Assembly: GCF_004010195.1 (NCBI RefSeq) | Contig: NC_057718.1 | Location: 28,959,792 to 29,023,791 of the forward strand | DNA length: 64,000 nt | Source: Chiloscyllium plagiosum | Lineage: Eukaryota | Direction of reading: 5' to 3' | Shown: piece by piece, positions 51,347 through 63,892 of the stretch | How positions within the stretch are numbered: the first letter of the stretch is position 1 | Layout: each line of letters begins with the position of its first letter | Notes under the pieces: generated by a model | Database searches by the model: none | What the model was told of the DNA's origin: nothing | The model's input: the letters and a program-made list of their open reading frames with translations, nothing else | Program-made: the position numbers and the translations under genes

Positions 51347-52949
51347 CACCAGACATATGGGCTCAGAGGACAAAGGACAATGGAGAGCAAGCAGGAAAAT
51401 GAACTATCACCAAAATCAGCCATGATCATATTGAATGATGGAATAGGTTCAATGGGCCTTAATCTCTACTCCTGCTTATTTCTTTTGTCCTCATATTCCT
51501 ACATTGGATCAATTTGAAAGTCTCTCTGCCTGTTGAAGTCAAGATCATTGACACAAATGGTGAGAAAAAGTAGATCCATGTTCAAACCTGGGGGTACTTC
51601 CTGCTGGTTCGAGAGAATATAGGACAATATTCCATTAGTATTTTTGATCACTTTTCTACCTCTGCAACCATGATACTTAACTTACTTTGCTCCTCCATAG
51701 TCACTAGTCTCTCATCATTGAGATGATATTCTGTTTTTTTTCCACGGGTCAAAAGTGGTTGGGCAACCTTACACTTCCCGAGAAAGGACACCTACTGCCA
51801 AAAATCATGGTTAAAACTGTCTCATCGCACGCTGCACTACAGTATCAGAGGAAAGTGGATGACATAAACATTTCAACAATGCAGCTGTGTTAAATATGAC
51901 TATCCTTTGTTGATCAAAGATAAATAATTTGAATCTGAAAATCAATGTCTTGTAGGATGAAGTGCACACAAATCCAAAATATCAGCTTTTTAGCTTCCCT
52001 CTCCCGCCTACTTCCCTAAAGTCACTGACTTGTACCAATTCCACAGACACTCACATAGTCCTTCAGTACCTTGCCTCTAGAGGCTTTCAGACATGAGTCA
52101 GGCATGTGGTAAACATCAAAGCTGAGCCCTGTGAACACATGTATGGTTTCCAGGAAGGGGTCACTGAATAATGATTGAGTCTGACTTTTTCTTTACTTAA
52201 TTTTCTATACCCCCACTTACAATCAGTCATTATTTTAGTTTCAGACTTAAAGTCTGATCCTGCAGTGTGACATGGTAAATGCCAACTTGCCTTAATATTG
52301 ACTCATGTACTAGAAGCCATTACTTAATTAATCAATCAGAATTTTCATTAAATTTTGAATTAAGTGCAACCCAATGCCATTTAAAATCTAACAATATCTT
52401 TAATAAAATGCAGCTATTGATTTTATGTGCAATGGATTTCAAAAGCAGTTCCAGTATTTTGCATACTTAACACAATTTATCTCAGCCAGCTTTTGTCTGA
52501 TGAGTTTGTACCCGCATATGTGAAATCAATGTCAAAGACAGTAGTTCTGCTAGTGCTGTTACAACCAGATGACAGATTTGTTTGAGAATCTCATGCTATG
52601 TATTTATTCCATCTGTTCCATCTGCAATTTTTTTCTAGTTTGCTCCATCACTTTCTGAGAAAGAATTTGAAGGAAAGTGCCCATGCATCTAGATTATAGC
52701 CACTGAGGAATTTCTCCTCATCATTTCATTGTACATGCTAGAGGTTGCTTCTAATCCTGACACAGAATCATTCTCCACTTTGGCTACCAAGGTGTTTCTA
52801 ACAAAGCTTTAAGCTGTTAAGTTCTCAAGAGTAAATGGGCTCTTATCCTGTAGGCAGTAACAGGCCCATTCAAACTTCAAAAGGGATGTTAATAGTATCA
52901 AGTGAAAATGTATTTAATACCACCACAAACTCAGTAAGAAGATACAGGG

Positions 52950-53240
52950 AAAGGCAGTGGCTTAGCAGAATTGTCACTGGACCGTAATCCAGAAAACTGG
53001 ACTAATAAGTTCAAATCCCACCATGGCAAATGGTGAAATTGAATTCAATAAAAATCTGAAATTAAAAACTGTTGCTGGAAAAGCGCAGCAGGTTTCCTGC
53101 GCTTTTCCAGCAATACATTTTTAAGCTCTGATCTCCAGCATCTGCAGTCCTCACTTTCTCCTAATTAAAAACCATTGTCAATTGTCATTAAAAAAAAACT
53201 CACCTGGCTCATTGATGTCATTTAAGGAAGACAATTTGTC
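52950..53240 (+). mobile_element. tRNA-derived SINE fragment containing a PLE mini-element
   Basis: gttcaaatcccaccatggc...gtgaaattgaattcaat head; insertion at 53070-53162. Confidence 0.6.
53070..53162. mobile_element. 93-bp PLE-derived hairpin element
   Basis: 10-bp TSD aattaaaaac (53060-53069, 53163-53172); arms ttgctggaaaagcgcag / ctgcgcttttccagcaa. Confidence 0.88.
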
Positions 53241-54059
53241 ACTCAGAATGTTAAATACCTCTCAGTGTTGGGCCTATCCTACTGTGAAGTGTGAATCCCA
53301 ACACAGAGAGCTGTCAGCTCATCAGAGATTGCCTGCTGTACATTGCTCAGCAGTGCCACTTGGGAGAGGGTGGCTGTCACCAGTAATGGTGGCTGTCACC
53401 AGTAATGCATACATCCAAGACCCAAGATAATTGTTAGACTCATATCGCAGGTATGTGTGTGTGGGGTGTGGGGGGTGTGTGGGGGGGGGGTCCAGGGAGA
53501 GTCAGGCAGTGAAGTTGTTAACAACAGGAATGGATGGGCTCATCAGCAGGCTCCCCTTCATCATGCCAATATTCCCCATTAGGCATTAAGTACCTCTGAG
53601 CAAGAAGCTAGCAAACAGCTGCAGTGTTTGCTTCTTGGGTTCCCTGCATAGTTCATTCCTCAATTGTCATCTGGAGAATATCAGTGGCAGTGAAATTATG
53701 CCCTTAAGTGGGTGTCCACAAGCCTTCAGCCCTCTCCACTCACTCCTCACCTAGACCTTAACCAGAGTAGAGGCAAGAAGGTGGCAGAGTTCCCACCTGC
53801 CATCATCCCACCGAATAAAACGCCTCTCTGTCACCAATCCCTCTTGGGAAGGTTCTACCCTTATTTCACAGCATATGAACAATTTTAGTACAGCAATAAT
53901 TCATCACTTTCTCATAGTACTTGAAATAGTTCAAGCACAATAATACAATTCCCTTTTCAAGAGACCTGTACAGCTTCACCTATCCAGAACAAGATGCACT
54001 GTCTTTATTTTAGAAACTGGAGTATATTTTAATTTAAACTTCTCTCTATTGATTTTCAT

Positions 54060-54345
54060 AGCATCCCTACAGTGTGAAAGCAAGCCATTCAGCCCATTGA
54101 GTCAACATCAACCCTCTGAAGAGCACCCAGACCCATACACCCTGCCCTATCCCTGTAACTTCACATTTCCCATAGCCAATCCACCTAACCTGCATATCTT
54201 TGGACTGTGAGAGGAAACCTGAGCACCCAGAGGAAACCCACGCACATACTGGGAGAACGTGCAAATTCCACATAGTCAGTCGCCAGAGGGTGAAATTGAA
54301 CCCACGTCCTGGCACCGAGGCAGCAGTGTTACCACCAATCCACTG
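54060..54345 (-). mobile_element. HE1-related SINE
   Basis: Core matches 24980-25312 and 33281-33581. Confidence 0.85.
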
Positions 54346-54769
54346 ATGTGGATTTTTGTTCTGTGATCAGGACCCCAAGGTCAAGTGAGTATATGAACCC
54401 TGACCCTGCATTATGTCTTTGCCTAAAGTCCAATATGATGTTTGACCATATGGATAACTCAGAGCCAAGGAGCTTATTTATTGTCCAATTTAGGATAATA
54501 TAATGGCCTCAAAAGGAATCCAACAATGATGCATCTTCATGTCCACTCTTAGAGGGGTGCTAATATACAAAAGAGAAATAGAGCCACACTCGGAGTCTAT
54601 TGTTTCAAATTTTTACTCCTAAAAACAGCATCGGTGTCAGGCCACAGCTCTGATCAAGCAACAATTGCAGGTGCAATGGTGGAGTTTGGGAGTATGTTGG
54701 AGCTAGAAAAGGTGGAAGGTGGTTCTTTATGCAGTGATGGTATTTGTAGAATAAAGAGGGATGACCGAA

Positions 54770-55800
54770 GTTCAGGAAACAAAAAATATTGAAAGGGTAT
54801 GGGTCAAAATGAGAAATGATAAAGGCAAGAATTCATTTGTTGGACATTGTACAGCCCTGCAACAGTAGCCACATTGGTAGGTGGGTCTTAGGAAGAACGA
54901 GTGAGAGTTTCTCAGAAAGGCACAGCAATAATCAAGGGAAATTTTAATCTACATGGCTACATGGAAAATCAGGTGAGGAGTTCATAAAATCTGTTTTGGA
55001 TAGTTTCTTCGGATAGCACAGCCTGGAACTGACAAACAGCAAGCTATACTGGATCTGGTACTACGCAATGAGATAGAACTGTCCAAGCATCTCATTGAGA
55101 AGATGGCCTACAGTAACAGAAAGCAACATAAGACTGTATTTTATTTTCAGTTTGAGGAAGAGAGGAGTGGCTCAAACTATTATTTTTTTAAAATTTGAAT
55201 AAAGACAATTATATGAGCATGAAAGCAGAGATGGCTCATATTAATTGGCAAATTATGTCAAAATATAGGACAATAGAGAAGCAGTGGCTGACATTCAAGG
55301 GGATATTTCAGAATCTGCAGAATAGATACATTTCAATGAGTGAGAAAAGTTCTAAGGGACAGAGCCATATTTGAGGTTAAGTGGAAATGTAAAACATAAT
55401 ATCAAACATAAAGAGAAAGTATAAAGTATGTAAAGACAGGTTGCAAATCATAAGATTACACAGAATATTTAGAAAAACAAGTAATGACCAAAACATTTTA
55501 AAATGGGAAAATAACAACAAATGATTAATGTTCAGGTACAAGTAATTAGGAAAGCTAATAGAGTGTTACATTTTATTAAGTAGGACAATAGTAGGGAGGT
55601 TATGCTTCCATTATATAAGGCACTGTTGAGACTACACCTGTGCACTATTGCTCATCTTATTTGAGGAAAGGAATAAATGCATTGGTGGCAGTTCAAAGAA
55701 TATATACTGGAATTGGCAGGTTGTCTTATGAGGAAAGGTAGCCTTATATTCACTGGAGTTTAAAAGAGTGAGAGACAAAATCATTGAAATGAGAAATAAT
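54770..55800 (+). mobile_element. Decayed CR1 fragments
   Basis: Similar to 29100-29760 (atactggatctggtactacgcaatgag). Confidence 0.7.
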
Positions 55801-55887
55801 AAAGAGAATACATCATTTCTGGCAGTAGTGTTCAGACTCCAGTAATAACCACATAGTAAGACAGAGTATAAAAGGATAAAATAATGT

Positions 55888-56017
55888 GATTCTGGATCAG
55901 TGGTGCTGGAAGAGCACAGCAATTCAGGCAGCATCCGACGAGCAGCAAAATCGACGTTTTGAGCAAAAGCCCTTCATCAGGAATAAAGGCAGTGAGCCTG
56001 AAGCGTGGAGAGATAAG
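55888..56017 (-). mobile_element. Family-A PLE pseudo-LTR fragment
   Basis: gtggtgctggaagagcacagc...tcgacgttttgagcaaaagcccttcatcaggaat. Confidence 0.8.
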
Positions 56018-56219
56018 ATCGCGGGGAGGAGTCGGTTGGCAAACTTTTTTAAAGTATTGAGCGTGATCGTTGTCTTTTCAGGAAAGAGGAATTTAAAGTC
56101 TTAAACGATCTGACTTCATAAAAACAAAACTTATCGCCAAAAATAAATATGTAAGGGTGTTATGTGAGAGACTGAGGAATCCTCCCTTTCCACATCAAGC
56201 GGTGTGAGTTTGACAAAAA

Positions 56220-57890
56220 GATATAACAATACTCATGGGGATTTTAATCTACAAATACACTGGAAAATGCAAATGGTAAAGATAGCCTAGATGAAGAACT
56301 CACAGAATGTTTTCAGCATAGTTCTTTAGAACAGTACCTTCTGGAGCTGACCAAAGAGCAAGCTATAATAGAATTGATATTATGTGAAGAGATATGTCTC
56401 CAGGATATTGCCTCAAACTTTTAAATTCAATTTGAGGGAGAGAAGAATTTGTCCAAGACTAGTATTTTAATTGCAAATAAGAGCAATTATGAAGACATGA
56501 ACTGGCAAATTAGGTTAAGAGAAAACTCAATACAGATGCAGTGGCAGACATTTAAGGGGATATTTCAGAATATGCAGAATATATACATTTCAAAAATTCC
56601 AAAAGGAGGACCAACTTTTCGTGATTTGCTAAAAATTTAAGATAATATTAAATGAAGTAAAACCTGGTGAACATCTCTAGCATTTTATGTTTTATTAAAG
56701 ACAAAGTGCATAATTGTTTTGTGATGAGTAGCAGATAAGAAGATCAGACAGAATTAATAAATCAAGAAATACTAAAGGATTAACATAAAGGTTAAAATTA
56801 GAGTACGAGAGAAAGATAGCTAGAAATATAAAAACAGATAGTAAGAGTTTCTCTAAATAAATGAAAAGGAAAAGAGTTAACAAATTGAATGTTGTTCATA
56901 TAGAAAATAAGTCGAGGGAATTAATAATGGAAAATCACGCAATAGAAGATTAATTGAATGGGTAATATGAATGGGTCTTCACTGTAGAGAATATAAGAAA
57001 CATATCTGGATTAGCTGTAATTTAGGAAATGAAAGGAAGGGAGGAATTTGAGAAAAATTACAATCTGCAGGGAAGCAGTATTGAGCAAATTATTGGGCTT
57101 GCATGCTGATAAATCCCTGGGTACTGATAGACTTCATTCTTTTTAAAAATTCTCTTAATTTAGGTTAAGTATCATATTGAAATACAGTGAATATAACTCT
57201 TACTCAAAAGGGAGGTAGATAATAGAAGATCTGGGTGTCCTACTGCATGAATTTCATAAGCCTAGTTTGCAGTTACAGTCAGCAATTAGGAAAATTAATT
57301 GGGTTTTATTGTTTCTTCCAAAAGGAATGGAATGCAAAGAAAGGAGGTTAATCTTCAGTTAAGCAGGGCACTGGTGAGACCATCATCTGGAGTACTATGT
57401 ACAGTATTGGTCCCCTTCCATTCAAAGGATGTAAATAATTAACAGTTCAAAGAAGTTTTACTAGATTAATACCTGGAGTGAGTAGATTGCCTTATGAGGA
57501 AAGGTTGGACAAACTAAGGGGAAACTTGATTGAAACATAAAGGATCCTGTGGAGGCTGGACAGAGTGGATATGGAACAGACATTGCTTCTTGGAGGAGAA
57601 TCAAGAACTTGAGGTCATGATTGGAAAGTAAGGCCTCGTGAAGAGATATTCTTTTCTCCCAGAGGGTTGTGAAACATTTGGAAGTCCTCTTCAAAAGGCA
57701 GTGAAAGAAGAGTCTTTGAATATTTTTTAAGACAGAGAAGGATATATAGTTGGTAAGCGAGGAGATAGAAGATTATAGGGGGTAGGTGGGTATGTAGATC
57801 TGGGTTATAATCAGATCAGCCATGATGTTATTAAATGATAGAATGGGCTTGAGTAGGCCAAATAGCCTAATCCTGTTCCCACCTAATGTG
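56220..57890 (+). mobile_element. Decayed CR1 LINE with internal deletions
   Basis: Endonuclease-like region similar to 29240-29700; KSLG/PGxD-like at 57110; CR1 tail at 57810-57880. Confidence 0.78.
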
Positions 57891-58679
57891 CTCGTATATC
57901 ACTAGCAGGCAGGTAACTGTTAACCTGTCCTCCAACCCCCAATCCTTTCAAACCAGAGCCAGATGCATAGTGGGAGATTGGCATGCTTTCAGCAAATGAA
58001 AAATTCGGAGCCCAGTACTTTCTAGCTTCAAAATGATTTAAAATATTCTCCGACACAATGCAATGCTTTTATTCACCATGAGGCCAGAAAATTTTCATTT
58101 TACACTTTTAAAAGCAAAAACAATTTTAACATGTCTAAATGGGTTGCAATGAGTTTCACTCTTTCTGATCATGAGATCCAATTTTAACATTTTCCTAAAG
58201 TTGGCAGCTCTGACTTTAAAACAAATTTCATGGAGCAGTAATAAATTGCGACTCTATGCTTTACAGTAATGCTGTCCTCCAATGAAACCAGGTCAGAACT
58301 GAACTTTGGAGAAATATTACAAAAGGCATTTAATAACCAGAAAGAGTGACACAGATAGCAAACCACTTAAACTTGTAAAAATAACACAGCATATAAGCAA
58401 CATTACAGAACATCAAAAATAGGTCAGATCTTCAAACCTGGAAATGAATGATAATTATTCTTAAATTATGGCACTTGACAAATTTAGTAAAACTGAGCAG
58501 TCAGAAACATCAGAGGTTGTAAATATAAATTGCTTAGTCAAAATCTTAAACAAGCTTGGATATGGATGGGTGATGTTTCCAGTTCGACACACAACTGAAC
58601 AAGCAAGGGAAAGATTTTAATCCTGCCCACAGTGAAAACTGGTGGAAGAGTCGGGGTACACATTAGGCAGTTAAAACTT

Positions 58680-58955
58680 TCATAGAAACTCAGAAAATAG
58701 AAGCAGGTGTAGGCCATTCTGCCCCTTAAGCCTGTTCTACTATTCAATATGATCATGGATGATCATCCAACTCAGTGTCCTGTTCCCACTTTCTCCTACC
58801 ACACATCAAATATATGCAGTTAAGTGAATTGGCCTTGCTAAATTGCCCATAGTGTTCAAGGATGTGTAAATTAGGTGCATTAGTCAGGGGTAAATATAGA
58901 GTAATAGGGTAGGCGAATGAGTCTGCGGAGGGTCGGTGTGGACTTGTTGGGCCAA
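58680..58955. mobile_element. CR1 tail (minus) followed by partial HE1-like SINE (plus)
   Basis: gaagcaggtgtaggccattctgccc; gggtcggtgtggacttgttgggcc. Confidence 0.7.
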
Positions 58956-60344
58956 ATGAAAAAATAATTTATTGCAAGTGAAGAGCTTTGAGACTTTTCC
59001 TGAAGTTGTAAAAACTATAAATAAGTGTCGTATCAGGTGAGGGATGAGAATTCTTTGCAGGTGACAGAATAGAAGAAGGAGGGGAGTGAAACAATGCTGG
59101 GAAATGCATTGGGAATTCAGCCAATTAAAGTTAAAATTGAAGTTCATTTTGCAAATGGAGGAACTGGCCCTTGCCTTGCCTTCATAAGGGAAGATCTGAC
59201 ATACCAGCTTTTAGTTATTGTTCAATAAACGTTTAAAATAAACTACATATAATGGTTTCTTTGCAATCCTGGGTAATTTTAATGGATGTGTTGTTATCAA
59301 GTTTCTAAGATGTTCAATTAATAATGACACCACAACTCATTGATATGGAAAAGTTATTAAAGCAAAAATTGAATTAGGATAATCAAATTTTGTGACTGTG
59401 TGCAATTTATGCCACTTGTTGCATATTAGCCAAAAGTTGGAAAAAAAATACATAATTCTCATGCATTACAAATGTATTCTTTGGCGAAACATCAAAACTC
59501 ATGCTTTGCAGATACATCAAGATTTACAGATTGAGATTTTATAGAGTATGGTGTATGTTAATCCTCCTTCAGTTTCCACTTTCTCCCCTGAAGTGGTAAC
59601 TGCTTTAGGTTTTGATTTCAAAGATGATGGCCATATTTTGGTACTTTAATCTATTTTAAAATCAATCTGTTCAGAAATGTTATTACACATAGAACAGGTG
59701 GGACTTGAACCTGGGCCTCCTGACTCAAATATAGGATGCTGCCATCATACCATAAGACACCTTACTTTAATCAAGCATTCTGAAATGGCATTACTGAATC
59801 TTCTTTATTGTTAAATGATCTCTAAGAATCTCACTTATTCTTCATTATCTTCATTATGTTTTTCTTCACTATGAAATTCTGAGGCATAGCTAATATCCCC
59901 AAATCAGGGAGTCTCCTCAAACGATTCTTTCAATTTGCTCCAAAGGTACTCGGAAGAGTCAGATGTCCAGTCACTCTCCTTCACATTCAACCTCAAACTT
60001 TTCATTTTGTTATCACACTGTTCTCGTTTCCCTCTATATGAATGAAATTAGCATTTATGTTCTTTTTTCCATTTCTTCCCTTATTGTACATATATACCAT
60101 ACTACGTACTCTCCGTTCTGCAATGTGCAAACCTGAACATACATACCATGCACTACCTGCATTAAGTCATTTCTTCACAGGATTTGAATATTCTGAAATT
60201 CCTTCTCGTTTTCCTAGATGCTTCAGGCCTTTGAAAATTCATCACATCTCAAGTCAACGTTTCCTAATATACCATGCCATTTGTCTGTTAATTTTTTTTC
60301 ACCTCACTTTATGGCCTACAACAGAAAGATAGTAGAACCTAATC

Positions 60345-60880
60345 AGAGATGTGAAAAATTACCCTGGTCTGCAAAAATCTAGATAAATCCTACCTGACCA
60401 ATTACTCTCATCAACTCTCATTCAACAGTGGCATCGAACTGCACTTACTCAGCTATAACCTGCTCACTGATACTCTGTTTAGGTTCCTCCAAGGCTGCTC
60501 AGTCCTGAACTCATTACAGCCTCAGTTCAAATACGGACAAAAGAGGTGAACTCCAGATCAGGTGACAGTGATTGCTCATGGCATCAAAGCAGCATTTGAC
60601 AGAATATGACATCAGAGATCCCTAACAAAACTGGAGTCAATGGGAACAATCTCCATTGGCTGGAGTCATAGATCGCACTAAGGAAGATGGTTGTTGTTGG
60701 CGGTCAGTCATCTTATTCATATGACATCACTGCAGGAGTTCCTCAGGGTAGTGTCCTCAGCCAAAACATCTTCAGCTGCTTCATCAATGACATTCTCTCC
60801 ATTATACGGTGAGAAGTAGGGATGTTGGCTGATGATTGCATCATTACAAAGTCCTTAGACACTAAAACAGACTATGTCCA
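60345..60880 (+). mobile_element. CR1/L2-group LINE RT fragment, continuing at ~63430-64000
   Basis: Reads IKAAFDR and AGVPQGSVLS..FSCFIND..ADD. Confidence 0.8.
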
Positions 60881-60884
60881 TATC

Positions 60885-62540
60885 GTCATAGAATAAAAGA
60901 GATGTACAGCATGGAAACAAACCCTTCAGTCCAACTCGTCCATGCCGACCAGATATCCTAAACTAATATAGTCCCATGTGCCAGCATTTGGCCCATATCC
61001 CTCTAACCTTCCTTATTCATATACCATGCAGATGCCTTTTAAATGTTGCAATTGGAACAGCCTCGACAACTTCCACTGGCACCACCCTCTGTGTGAAAAA
61101 GTTGCCCCTTACGTCCCTTTTTAATCTTTCCACTCTCACCTTAAACCTATGCCCTCTAGATTTGGACTCCCTCAACGCAGGGAAAAGACCTTGACTATTA
61201 ACCAAATCCATGCCTCTCATGATTTTATACACCTCTGTAAGGTCACCTCTCAGCCTCCGATGCTCCATGGAAAACAGCCCCAGTCTATTCAGATTCTCCT
61301 TGTAGCTCAAACCCTCCAACCCTGGCAACATTCTTGTATATCTTTACTGAACCCTTTCAAGTTTCACAACATCCTTCCCACAGGAGGGAGACCAGAATTG
61401 GATGCAGTATTCCAAAAGTGGCCTAACCAATGTCCTCTACAGCTACAGCATGATCTCCCAACTCCTATACTCCATGGTCTGACCAATAAAGGAAAGCACA
61501 TCAAATGCCTTTCTCACTTTCCTATCTACCTGAGACTCAAGGAACTATGAATCTGCACTCCAAGGTCTCTTTGGTCAGCAACACAGCCCAGGATCTTACC
61601 ATCAAGTGTATAAGTCCTGCCCTGATTTGCCATTCCAAAATGCAACACCTCACATTTATTTAAATTAAACTCCTTCTGCCACTTTTCGGCCTATTGGCCC
61701 ATCTGATCAAGAACCTATTTTACTCTGCTTCACTGTCAACTACACCTCCAAATTTGATGTCATCTGCAAACGTACTAACTATACTGTGGGTTTCCTCCGG
61801 GTGCTCCGGTTTCCTCCCACAGTCCAAAGATGTGCAGGTTAGGTGAATTGGCCATGCTAAATTGCCCGTAGTGTTAGGTAAGGGGTAAATGTAGGGGTAT
61901 GGGTGGGTTGCGCTTCGGCGGGTCGGTGTGGACTTGTTGGGCCGAAGGGCCTGTTTCCACACTGTAATGTAATGTAATCTAATCTAATCTGTAATGTAAT
62001 CTAATCATACCTCCTATGTTTAGATCACATCCAAATCATTTATATAAATGATGAAAAGCTGCAAATGACGAAATGAGTGGCAGAGCAAAGTGTGCAAAGG
62101 ACTGTGAAACTTTGCAGTGGACCCAACATCAATCCTTGTGGCACACCGCTGGTCACAGGTCTCTAGTCTGAAGAGCAACCTTCCACCAGCACCCTCTGTC
62201 TTCTGCCTTTGAGCCAGTTTTGTATCCAATTGGCTAGTTTTCCCTGTTTCCATGTGATCTAACCTTGTTCGCCAGTCTACCATGAGGAACCTTGTTGAAC
62301 GCCTTACTGAAGTCCAGATAGATCATGTCCACTGCTCTTCCCTCATCAATCCTCCTTGTTACTTCAAAAAACTCAATGAAGTTTGTGAGACATGATTTCC
62401 CATGCACAAAGCCATGTTGACTAAACCTGATCATTCCCTGCCTTTCCAAATATGTGCAAATCCTGTCCCTCAGAATTCCGTCCAACAACTTGCCCACCAC
62501 CAATGTCAGGCTCACCGATCTGTAGTTCACTGGCTTCTCC
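60885..62540 (-). mobile_element. CR1 LINE RT to 3' end
   Basis: NYRSVSLTLVVGKLL..YLDFSKAFNKVPH; MLPGLEGLSYKENLNRLGLFS; short continuation at ~63385-63430. Confidence 0.92.
61785..62006 (+). mobile_element. 5'-truncated HE1-like SINE
   Basis: Near-identical to 34125-34320. Confidence 0.9.
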
Positions 62541-63380
62541 TTAGATGATTTGGAGTTGGGGACCACGTGTAGTGTGTCAAAGTTTGTAGATGACACGAAG
62601 ATGAGTGACAGAGCAGTGTGCAGAGGACTGTGAAACTTTGCAGAGGAACTTAGATACTTTAAATGAGTGGGCAAAGGTCTGGCAGATGGAATACAATGTT
62701 GTTCAATGTGAAGTCATCCATTTTGGTAGGAGTAACAGTAAAAAGGATTATTACTTGAATGGTAATAAAAGGTTGCAGCATGCTGCTATGCAGAAGGACC
62801 TTGCTAAAGAGAATGAGTTTAAAAGCAGGAAGGTTGTGTTGCAGTTGTATTGGGTGTTGGAGTACTGCGTACAGTTTTGGTTTCCTTACTTGAGACAGGA
62901 TGTACTGGCACTGGAGGCAGTGCATTGGTGGTTCACTAGTTTGATTCCGGAGTTGAGGGGGTTGGCTTCTGAGGAGAGATTGAGTCGACTGGGATTATAT
63001 TCATTGGAATTTAGAAGAATGAAGGGTGATCTTCTAGAAACATAAAATTAGAAGTAGAGAGGATGTTTCCACCGGTGGCTGAAACTAGGACAAGATGGCA
63101 TAGCTTCAAAATTAGGGGGAGCAGATTTAGGACTGAATTGAGAATTCTTCATACAGAGGGTTGTGAATCTATGGAATTCCCTGCCCAGTGAAATAGTTGA
63201 CACTACTTTAGTAAATGTTTTTAAAGCTGAGATGGATTTTTTTGAACAGTAAAGGAATTAAGGATTACAGTGAGAGGGTGGGTAAGTGGAGCTGAGGCCA
63301 TGAAAATATCAGCCATGATCTTGCTGAATGGCAGAGCAGGCTCAAAGGGCCAGACGGCCTACTCCTGCTCCTAGTTCTTT
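62541..63380 (+). mobile_element. CR1 3' fragment nested in opposite orientation
   Basis: WQMEYNVVQCEVIHFG..LEYCVQFW..EERLSRLGLYSLEFRR. Confidence 0.9.
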
Positions 63381-63574
63381 TTTATCTTTCTTAAATAGTG
63401 GCACCACGTTAGCCAACCTTCAGTCTCTCTAGCAAAGACATGGACAGCGTGGCTAATAAGTGGCAAAAAACATTCCTGCCACATAAGTACCAGCCAATGA
63501 CCATTCTAACAAAAGAAGTTTACCAATTTTTCCTTGAAGTTGAATCGCATTACCATTACTGAATCCCCTACAAT

Positions 63575-63892
63575 TAGATTTGATTACTTACAGCGTGGAA
63601 ACAGGCCCTTCAGCCCAACAAGTCCACACCGACCCGCCGAAGCGCAACCCACCCAGACCCATTCCCCTACATTTACCCCTTCATCTAACACTACGGGCAA
63701 TTTAGCATGGCCAATTCACCTAACCTGCATATTTTTGGACTGTGGGAGGAAATCGGAGCACCCGGAGGAAACCCACGCAGACACGGGGGGAATGTGCAAA
63801 CTCCACACAGTCAGTTGCCTGAGGTGGGAATTGAACTCAGGTCCCTGGCGCTGTAAGGCAGCAGTGCTAACCACTGTGCCACCATGCCGCCC
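63575..63892 (-). mobile_element. HE1-like SINE
   Basis: Full length, matches 33281-33581. Confidence 0.92.

Larger units (their letters stand above)
49740..51500 (+). mobile_element. Decayed CR1 LINE RT to 3' UTR
   Basis: tacttagacttcaaaaaggcattccataaagtgcca (YLDFKKAFHKVP), RFANNTKL. Confidence 0.8.

Noticed and set aside
53370..53407. Short tandem duplications (also 24622-24660)
   Set aside because: Two-copy 18-19 bp slippage duplications with no further structure.
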